Shown: positions 31,319-40,620 of the stretch, piece after piece
Numbering within the stretch: the first letter of the stretch is position 1
How the letters are laid out: each line of letters starts with the position of its first letter
DNA from: a virus
Lineage: Duplodnaviria > Caudoviricetes
Direction: 5' to 3' (one strand)
Virus record (IMG/VR): IMGVR_UViG_3300028833_000121
Coordinates: 19,933 to 83,932 of that record
Length of the DNA stretch: 64,000 bases
The notes under the pieces: model-generated
Seen by the model: only the letters and a program-made list of their open reading frames with translations
Database searches by the model: none
What the model was told of the DNA's origin: nothing
Position numbers and translations under genes: made by a program

Positions 31319-32225
31319 TATCGTTGAAGAAGTAAAAAAAGAGGTTAACCCTATTACTGATAGCTTTGAAGCAATCTCTAAAATTATGGTCGGAGACGAA
31401 GGAGTAGAAGACGCAACCGCTATGTTTGGCGCGCTGCTCTCTATGCCAGACGATGAATTTAAAGATGTTTCTACAATTCTTTTAGACGAAATTAATCGCT
31501 CTCTAAATACTCCCGCTGAAAGAATTGCACTTGTAGCAGCAATGACTGCATAGGGTTATACTGGTGATGATTTAACTGATACATTTCAAGAACTTTGTAA
31601 TGAAATAGATACACAACTTACAGATTTATCTCAAATTAAGCGCGATTGGCTTAAGCAGTTAATGGGAGCTGTTACTAATGCAATTAATGAAACAGAAGGA
31701 ATTTCTAAGAGATATATTCGAATCCCATACGAAAAGTGCCACAAAGATGCAAAAACACCTGCTTACGCCCATGAGACAGATTCTGGTATGGATGTATTTG
31801 CCCTTGAAGATATTACTCTCGCGCCAGGCGAGCAGAAGATTATTCCTATCGGTATTAAGGTCGCGCTTCCCGCCGGCTATGAACTACAAGTTCGCCCGAA
31901 GAGCGGTGTAAGTGCAAAGACCAAACTCCGCGTTGCTAATGCCCCTGGTACTATTGATGCCGGTTACCGGGATGAGATAGGGGTTATTATTGAGAATGTA
32001 GAACCGCCTATCCGCTCTATCGCAACTGATTTTGCTGAATCTCCCAATGATTTCATTCCAGTAGGCGCAATTGAATTCGGTCGTTCTTATACAATCGGAA
32101 AGGGTCAAAAGTTTGCGCAGTTAGTTCTTTCTGAAGTACCAAAAGCAGTACTATATGAGGTAGAAAGCGTAGGTGAAATTGGCGAAGACCGCGGAGGCGG
32201 GTTCGGCAGTACTGGCTTAAAGTAA
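31302..32225 (+). CDS. dut: Trimeric dUTPase with a ~120-aa acidic N-terminal extension joined through one TAG
   Basis: SGMDV, RPKSG, PGTIDAGYRDEI, AQLV and RGGGFGSTG. 31302 and 31662 are in frame across TAG 31551-31553. Confidence 0.85.
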
Positions 32226-32227
32226 AT

Positions 32228-32953
32228 ATGGGTGTAATAAAAATAGAATCTATCTAGCAAGAGTTACCAGAAGGTTGGAAACTCATTTCAACCTCGTATA
32301 AAAACTTAGATAGTGGTCTAGAGTTTGAATGCCCAGCCGGTCATAAGGTTTATGCTAGTTGGAAAAAGATGAGAACGCGCGCCGAATGCCCAATTTGCAA
32401 AGAAAAGGCGCCACTTATAGATAATACTGTGATTCCAAAAAAGAAGGGTGTTTACCGCACAATCGGTATTGACCAAGCCACACATATAAGTGGCTATTCA
32501 GTATATGACGGGAAAGAACTTGTTAAATTTGGAACCTTTACAGTAAATGAAACAAATGAAATAGAACGTGACAACACAATAAAAATGTGGCTGTGTTCTA
32601 TTATAAATAATTGGCAACCCGACGTAATAGGGCTTGAGGGTATTCAATTCCAACAAAATGCCGCGCGCAATATAGGAATTACAACATTTGAAACTCTCGC
32701 ACGATTATAGGGTATACTTATGGAAGCTTGTTATGAACAAAAGGTAGCTTTTGTAATATGTCCTACAAATACATGGCGCGCGCATTGTAAAGTTAAAGGT
32801 CAAACTCGTGAAGCTAAAAAGAATTCAATGAGACAGTTAGCGCGCGAGTGGCATGGAATTAACGCTAGTGAAGATGAGGCAGATGCTATTGGCATTGGAA
32901 AATACGTTGCCGAGACATACGGTCTTGTACACCAACTTCAAAGTTGGGAATAA
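32228..32953 (+). CDS. RuvC-like Holliday junction resolvase with an N-terminal zinc ribbon (two TAGs)
   Basis: CPAGH...CPIC, IGIDQA, LEGIQ, TLARL(TAG)GIL and DEADAIGI. Confidence 0.75.
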
Positions 32954-32983
32954 AAAAGAAGAGGTTATTAAACCTCTTCTTTT
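32954..32983. terminator. Bidirectional intrinsic terminator between the convergent early and late blocks
   Basis: AAAAGAAGAGGTT-atta-AACCTCTTCTTTT. Confidence 0.85.
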
Positions 32984-32995
32984 TCTTTTAAAAGA

Positions 32996-33271
32996 TTAGA
33001 AATTCTTAATCTTTTCTTTCATTTCCATACTCCAACTATCTATATGATCTTTCATTAAATCCTTTATCATACTCCTATCATCTTTTACTGCATCCATAAA
33101 CATCTTCTTTGATTCGGCGTATGTTCTCTCTAATCTATCATTAGCAGAAGTAATTAAGAATTTTGCAGCTTCGGGTTCTGTCTCTTTTAATTCATAAGCC
33201 CATTCTATCCACATTCCTGCGTCTTTCAAATCGTCCATCATTTTCTTGTATAATGCTTTACACTTTAACAT
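32996..33271 (-). CDS. Small helical protein, last gene of the five-gene cassette
   Basis: 91 aa, Met/Lys/Asp-rich amphipathic helices; no TAG. Confidence 0.6.
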   Translation of the reverse strand: MLKCKALYKKMMDDLKDAGMWIEWAYELKETEPEAAKFLITSANDRLERTYAESKKMFMDAVKDDRSMIKDLMKDHIDSWSMEMKEKIKNF

Positions 33272-33273
33272 AA

Positions 33274-33693
33274 TTAATCAATATAAAATACTACAACATT
33301 AGGTGTAGTAAAGGTTGCATCCGCACCAGTGGTTTTAAAAGTTAAAATACCAGTATTATCAATAGAACAACAAGATGGACGAATTCTTACAATTGTGGAA
33401 AAAGCTAAATTAACATCAGTAGTGTTTGTCGCAGAGAGCGCGCTAGCTGTCGCGCCAGGTATCTAATCATCTTCATTAAATAACTAAACAGTTATTGGCG
33501 CGGTTTCGGTTGCTTCTGTTGCAGTAGCAATACTATTGAAAGATACAAAGTAGTAGCCGGGTCTATTTAATACCACAGCGGGCGAACCAGCTAAATGCTG
33601 TGCACTACAACTGGTCGCCACTCTGTTGGTATCAAAAGTGATGTTAGACCCGGTAGTCAACGCCTAAGGCGCCAAACTAACAATATCTAACAT
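33274..33693 (-). CDS. Beta-sandwich protein resembling the BclA C-terminal / C1q-like domain
   Basis: 139 aa; NITFD...VVLNRPGYYFVSF...IPGATAS...AFSTIVRI; three TAGs. Confidence 0.5.
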
Positions 33694-33725
33694 ATTTTAG
33701 TTCCTCCCATTAAAGCGTTAATACC

Positions 33726-34436
33726 TTAGATTACAGTGTTACCACAACCGCATCCGCAGTTACCGGTATAACCGTAAGGGTTAATAGAAGCATAAGGGGA
33801 AGTAGTAAGATATGCAGGACGAGAAATAGGCCGTAAGGTATCAATAAGATCAGCGGTCTATTGCTGCTGACTAATCTGGAAGTTAGCCGCCTGGAGAGCA
33901 CGATCGCGCTCTTCAAGTCTGTCACGTAAGTCCTGAATAGTATTTTGAGTAATAAGCGCACGAGTTGCTTCAGCTTCCCCATGAATAGCACTTGTAATTT
34001 CACAAGTATTCTTATAGGCTTCAGCCTTTACGCTATCAATATTGCGCTCAATACCACAATTAGCGATCTACTGAGCATAACGATTCTCAGCAATTTGCTG
34101 ACCAAGTCCGCAGAACCCGTCAAGCATGTCATAACGAATGTCGCCCCAAGAATCAGTAGCAACACGTTCAAAGTTAGAAAGTTCACCCGCAAGTTCACCG
34201 AAATTGCGGAACATATCCTGGCTATTATTAGCCTCGTACAAAGCAGAACGGGTTAAAGAACCCTCAACAGATGGGCTGTTACCACCGTAACCGCCACCCC
34301 AACCACCAAAGATGCCGCCACCGCCAAGCAGTGCAAGCCATACCAGGTAAATAAAGGGGTTATTACACCAATCTGCCATACCATTATTATCTTTAGTCAA
34401 TGCCATTACATCGGCCGCAGAAAGTCCATTATCCAT
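33726..34436 (-). CDS. 236-aa protein: Gly-rich TM segment, coiled coil and Cys/Gly tail
   Basis: MDNGLSAADV...LVWLALLGGGG...IQDLRDRL...RPAYLT...CGCGCG; two TAGs inside Gln runs (YAQ-TAG, QQQ-TAG). Confidence 0.7.
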
Positions 34437-34499
34437 ATTAAGTTTTGTCCTCCCATTTTTATTATATATAAAACTTCGGCGCCTGAAGTCTTATTTATA

Positions 34500-34700
34500 T
34501 TATAAAGAATGAATTATATCCATTCCTTTTTGTATATCTTCTTCGGAAATGCCTTGAAGCCGCGCTCTCTATGCAAGCTAACTAAGTAAGTTATCATTTA
34601 AATTATGCGCTAAAGCCTTAAACTTTTCTGGGTCTAATTTAGGCTATTGCTGCTACGCATACGGCGCGCGCATTAAAGGTTTATTATTGTAAAAGTTCAT
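34500..34700 (-). CDS. 66-aa helical protein
   Basis: MNFYNN...A(TAG)Q(TAG)PKLDPEKFK...ARLQGISEEDIQKGM; four TAGs. Confidence 0.6.
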
Positions 34701-35034
34701 TTAATTTACCTCCCAATTCTTCAAGACGTTTTTCTATTACTCCGATTTTGGATAACAAAAAGTCCTCAGAAGACTTCTGGTCAACTGAGGACTGAATATT
34801 GTTATCCTTTTTTTCATACGGAGCAATACTATAAACCATAAAATTCGGTGTGCCATTTTGCATAGATTTAACATACATTAAACCTTCATTTAAGCAAAGC
34901 GCAACCGAAAGTCCACTGTTCATCGGAACATTAGCTACTTCCAATGAACTACCAATCAAATACACATTTCCATGTGGCTAAAGAAAAAATGCATTCGGCT
35001 GGTACTACATAGGTAAACTGTAGTTTGCTGCCAT
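34684..35034 (-). CDS. 116-aa protein, first gene of the cassette
   Basis: GGGAGG RBS; two TAGs near the N-terminus; LMYVKSMQNGTPNFMVY core and a short coiled-coil end. Confidence 0.65.
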
Positions 35035-35125
35035 ATTTAATTGTCCTCCCTTTTGTCTTACATTTATAAGTAAGAATAATACAATGGGAGTATAAAAAAT
35101 TAAGTAAAATTTTCCAAATTTTAAA

Positions 35126-35995
35126 TTAGTAATATGGCTCTAAAGCATTACCAGAACTATTAACTATCATAACTCTATACATTTCCAGCCCAGTTCCTGC
35201 GCTATTTACCATATACACAAGATAAAGATCAAAACCGGTTCCTGCGCTATTTACTATATGAACCATAGCCATTGGTTTCCAAATAGCATACAAGGTAATT
35301 GTACCGTCACGGCTTATAGAAATTGAATTACCACCACTATATGAAGTTCCAGTTCCATCAGATTTTGTGTTCCAATTCAAAAATTCATAACCAGATCTAG
35401 TTGGCACTGTTGAAGATACGGTAAAATTTTTTGAAGAATCCGCACTATCATCAGTTGTTTTTTGCTAAGACGGTGCGCCAGAGCCGCCATTAGCATTATA
35501 ATTTAAAGTATAACTATAATCCTATGTCGTTACTTCTAATTTCGCGCTTGAAACTCTAACCCAGTCATTAGAAGTAGAATTTGTAGCATATGGCCCAACT
35601 ACATAACCATATTGTGGGACTCCATATGAAGTAAGAATCCAATTTTTTGAACTAGAAGCAGTAGTGGTAAGAATATCTGAACCAGGTGTAGTAAAATCAG
35701 ATGCAGTACTATTACTTTTAAAACGAAGTCTAATATCAGTATTATCTGTACTACTAAAATATAAATAAAACTATATTTTTGTAACCGTTTTAGTTCTTAA
35801 ACTAGCTAGAGTTGTAGCATTAAAAAGTAAGTTAGTAAAATGAGTAAGTCCAGAATCGGTAGAATGACAAACATAACCATTATAAGTACTATTTATACTA
35901 CTATTATATTCTACATTACTCCAAGTAGAATTCCAATATCCTGCCATTTTAAAACCAGTATATTTACCGGTATTTGTCAACGTATAAGAGCCCAT
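35126..35995 (-). CDS. Virion or tail-associated protein with an InlB B-repeat (Listeria-Bacteroides repeat) domain
   Basis: YTLNYNANGGSGAPS...PTRSGYEFLNWNTKSDGTGTSY...TLYAIW; three TAGs. Confidence 0.7.
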
Positions 35996-35999
35996 ATCT

Positions 36000-36755
36000 T
36001 TATACCTTTACTAATACTATATCTCCCGCCACCGCACCAGATGGTACAGAAGCTGAAGTAGTTACATACACACTACGAGTCCCTACAGTACCTTTAGTAA
36101 TAATCTAATTCGCACCACCATTTAAAATTACCGCGCCATTAGTTTCTGCATATACTATCCATTTGGAATTTGTATTATCATAAATTCCACCTTTACCAGA
36201 CGCACCAGCACATAAACTAATCTTATGGCCCTATGTAGTATTATTTGCATAAATATTAACTTCACCAGCTTTTGTAATTGTTAAATCACCACTCATTGTG
36301 CCACCAGATAATTTTAAATAGGTACTACTAATAGTATCCCCGTTTCCATCCTGAGTAGCTTTTGTAGCGCTGGTTGAATTTCCATAAAAAGTAGTATTTC
36401 CAGCAGCAGTACTCTATATTATTCTATTCTAATTTGTATAATCGTATAAATAAAAAGTATTTGCGTCATTTGCGTATCCGGCCCAAATCTATCTTGAAGT
36501 ATTATCATTATTATGTTTACTATGCCAAATTATTTGCGCGCCATTAACCATAGATGTAGTACCCATATTTAAATTACCAGTTAATGTTCCGCCAGTTAAT
36601 GGCAAATATCCAGAAGCTATATGTTCCGCCACATTTTTAATAGTACCATTATTATTAATATATAAGTCGTTGCCGTCCCAACCAAGTTCATAAGGCAATA
36701 AATCACTATTGGTTGGAGAGGTACTTCCGTGTCTTACCTATAATCTATTAGCCAT
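36000..36755 (-). CDS. Short tail-fibre-like protein (251 aa)
   Basis: YLPLTGGTLTG and YLKLSGGTMSG repeats, ATKATQDGNG; several TAGs. Confidence 0.7.
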
Positions 36756-36780
36756 TTAGCTAACCTCCAAATAAAAAAAT

Positions 36781-36825
36781 GCGCGAGGTAATTTAATTTT
36801 GACCTCTTAGAATATTACCTCGCGC
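36781..36825 (-). terminator. 12-bp stem with a 21-nt loop after the DUF1617-like gene
   Basis: GCGCGAGGTAAT...ATTACCTCGCGC, followed on the minus strand by a T run. Confidence 0.6.
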
Positions 36826-36832
36826 GAAATAT

Positions 36833-37216
36833 TTAATTTTCAGAAATAAAAGGTATTAGAAGATTTATATATTTCATTTCTAAATCTAACCCATCTAATT
36901 CATCTAAACTAAATACCGGTTCATAATCTAAGTGAATTTCTACGTTACTTAGTTCATCAATTTTGTTTTTACATTCAGAAAATTTTTCTTCTTTAATCTT
37001 TACACCTTGGCCATTATCGGTTAATATAAAGTTACCAGCTTCATCTTTTTGTCCGTATTCATCAATAATTTTTTCTAATGTTTCGTTAAAAAATTTTGAC
37101 TCAACTTCTAATTCGTTAAAAAGTCGATTCAATTTATAACTAGTTTTTATTGGAAGCTTTTTATCTACCAGCTTATTTCGTATATTTAAAATATCAAAGA
37201 CCTCAATAAGTTTCAT
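36833..37216 (-). CDS. DUF1617-like phage protein
   Basis: KLPIKTSYKLNR...KIIDEYGQKDEAGN...KIKEE pattern; no TAG. Confidence 0.6.
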   Translation of the reverse strand: MKLIEVFDILNIRNKLVDKKLPIKTSYKLNRLFNELEVESKFFNETLEKIIDEYGQKDEAGNFILTDNGQGVKIKEEKFSECKNKIDELSNVEIHLDYEPVFSLDELDGLDLEMKYINLLIPFISEN

Positions 37217-37247
37217 TTAAATACTCCTTCTTTTACTTTCTATATAT

Positions 37248-37276
37248 ATTATACCACAAATCAAATAAAAAAGCAA
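37248..37276 (-). promoter_or_regulatory. SigmaA-type promoter inside the late region
   Basis: Minus strand TTGCTT-17-TATAAT with TG extension and ATATATAGAAA, the same family as the plus-strand promoters. Confidence 0.75.
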
Positions 37277-37298
37277 ATTTTAAGAACAATTTTAAAAT

Positions 37299-40200
37299 TT
37301 AACTGTCCCAAGTCCCACCATTAATAATAAAATTATCAATAGTTAAACCATTATTAGTAATTGTAAGAGTTCCTTTAACTAAATCTCCAATATAAACTGT
37401 TTTTCGAGTCGCTGTTTCATGTAATTCTAAAATTTGATCAGTAACCCCGTTAGCTGGCGCGGTTGCATTCAAAACAAAGTAATTTTTACCATATAATAAA
37501 TTAGGCGTAGCACGATATAATACTTTTTGATTTTTATAATAATAAGTATAAGTAGAAGTTCCTGTGGGAGTAGCACTATCTATCTGAGTAAATCTTAAAT
37601 TAACTGTCACCTTCGCGCCGAAATAGACAATATCTAAATTAATTCCACTAGTGGCCCCTTGTAAAGTACCAGTACTGCTCATACTAGTAGTACCAACATT
37701 AGATAAAGAAGTAGAGCTACCTAAATCAGTATATGTACCAGTAGGGGTAGCACAATACTACAATTGCGTGACTATACTTGAATAAGAATTACTATATTTC
37801 GTATTTTGAACAGATCCACCAAAATCCGTACAAGTCCAAGTGGTAGTAAAATTATCGTTACTTTCTGATGCGTCAGTTATACTAAAATTAATAGAAGTAG
37901 GTGAAAACCTATGAAAAGATGTAGTATTTAAATTATTACTACTACTTCCATTAATTGTGCCATTGTTATTATTTGCAAGGACAATATAAACAGAATAATC
38001 TCTAGTTGCTTCTGACGCGCAAGCTGGAAGAATATACTCAATATACTTCGTACCATTTAATGTATATAGATAATTACCTGCTGTACTTGGTGCCGTCCAT
38101 TCAGAAGCAGAAATAGTTATAAAATTTAACTATGTATTTCCAAGCATAAAATATACAGTTGCTACTTGATTTGCATAAGTTTTTAATCCAGAAAAAGCAA
38201 TTCTTAAAGTCTAAGTTTCAAAAGTTGGATAACGACTAGTAAAAGAAGAAACTCTATAACTAGTTGGAATAGCTTTCCAAGAACTTGTACCGGTTTTTAT
38301 CTATAATTGCGCGGTGCCAATAGTATTGATTCCTTCTATAAAATCTAAAACTATTGTAGCTACATTCTAAAACTATTCTCCAAAAGAATTCTAAGCCGTT
38401 ATTTTTAAACTTACATTATAAGTAGAATTTGGTGCAGATGTTCCACTCCCACTAATTAATGTAATCCAATCAGAGGTTGCTTTATTGTTTAATGTACAAG
38501 TTCCAGTCACTGTACCAGAAGCATCAGTCCCTGTACTATTTAAACTTAGACTACGACCACCATATTCTAAACTTATGGTATATATTTCTGCATAAGTGGT
38601 TGGTACATTGTTTTGATTAGTAAATGCTAACGGCTAATTTGTAAAACTTATATTAAATAAAGAATTAGTATAAGGCTTAATACTAGTACCAGTTTGTGGT
38701 GTAGCAGAAATTGTCTAAGGAGTTATATCCGCCGCGCGGGTTTTAGTAAAGGTACTAGTTGTACTAGTAATACTATTGCAAGTAAATACTACCTAAAAAG
38801 TATAAGCAGTATCTCTAGTTAAAGCATTTAAATCTACATCACTATATTCAGTACCAGTTAAACTTATATCTGTCCAAGTTGTAGCTGAAGAAGTTTTATA
38901 CTACAATTTTTTAGTTAAACCATTATTATTAGTTGGATTATAATAAATTCGTATATATCGTCCAAAGTATGCCGTATTAGCAGTTGAAACATTTGAACTA
39001 GCCAACTAATTATAGACAGTAATGGTTGGTGCGGAAGGTATACAAAAAGCATTAGTACTTATCTTTGCTACGCTTTCTCCTAAATCATCAGTAACAGTTA
39101 GCTATACTCGATAAGAATTATTAAAACCAACTCCACCAGTAGTAACATCTAAATTACTATAAGAAGTAGCATTACCAAAAACAGTCTATGCAGTACTTGG
39201 CGCGCTAGAACTAGTAGCTGTACCTGTAAGAAATTTCCAACTATAAGTTAATGTAGCGGAAGGATCTTTAGTTATTGTTGGAGTATCTAACTTAATATTT
39301 TTAACATAATAGCGGTTCTATACTGTAGGAGTAAAAGTAGCTATTGCTGTCATATTAAAATCGCCAATAGAAGGAGCAATATTTACTGTAATAGCTTTAC
39401 TAGTATAAGAAGAACTATACTCTAAACCATCATAAGTCCAAAAATAATAAGTAACTGCAGAATTTAATGTAGGAGTAGTAAGTGGAGAAGTAAATAATGT
39501 TTTTGTTCCATCTGCAGCAGTCGCGTAATATAAGGTTTTAGTTTGGCTCGTATCAGGATCTGTACCAGCTGTAACTGTAAAAGTTACTGTGCTACCACTA
39601 CTTTTTACACGACTACTACTAGCCGTAACCGTTGGTGCGACAGGTAAACTATTTATTGTAACAGTAGACTACGCGGAACTAATCCCAGAACTATATCCAC
39701 TAACACTACCATTAGTAACTATTTTAAAATAATAAGTACTACCGCGAGTCGCATTTGACGGAACAGTAAAACTATATGGACTTGAAGTAGAAGTGGCACT
39801 TCCAGTATAAGAAGAGGTAGTAGGAGCTTCACCTACTTTCCAATATACTGTATAATTCTATATTGTCATATTATTGCCAGCTGTCGCACCACTCCAAGAA
39901 ATATCTACAGCACTTGAAGGCTTTTGAATAGCAGCAGAAGCAGACACAGAAGTGGGCGCGCCGCAATTTGTATAAGTAATAGCATATTCAATTACAGGAG
40001 TACCTGATATTGTAACAGTTGCACTTCTATTACAAGTATCATTTGGATATAAGATTGTAATATAACCTTGCCCATTTTGAATACAACTTTTAAAGATTGT
40101 TGTAATATCTATTCCGGTACTTGCTGAAGAAGGAGTAAAAGATTTTGCATTAGAGAAAATATTACTATCATTATATCTAACAAAAAAAGTACTTCCACCA

Positions 40201-40604
40201 TTACATATTGCATAAGAAGAACTGGTATCTCCAGAACATGAAAATTTTAATTTTGCACTTGCAATTAAATTGGCAGCTGGAACATTAGAAAGAGAAAAAT
40301 TTAATTTAAGCTGATACATTGTACCATCATAATGAGAAGTGGCTGTAGCGTAATACTCTCCCTCACTTTGTATATAACGACTAGATACACCTGAATAATA
40401 TATACCACTACGTGAACTTCCAAAAACATTTGAACCATAAATACCACCAGAATTATTTAGTGGTGAAGGGTTGTCTGGATACAATGAACTTGTTTTTGCA
40501 TCTGCAATTGCCGCAGCGCTAGAAGCTCCAGTACCGCTTCCAAAAGAATTAGTAGTTGCACTTCCATAATAACTAGTCATTGAACTAATATTAATACTTG
40601 GCAT
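37299..40604 (-). CDS. Large Ser/Thr-rich tail fibre or receptor-binding protein (1101 aa)
   Basis: One frame from ATG 40604 to TAA 37299 with about 17 TAGs; Ig/FN3-like beta-rich repeats. Confidence 0.75.
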
Positions 40605-40620
40605 TTATTCTTTCCTCCTT

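Noticed and set aside
34575-34595. TACTTAGTTAG as a regulatory motif
   Set aside because: It is coding sequence (LLSQLAQ) of the 34500-34700 gene.
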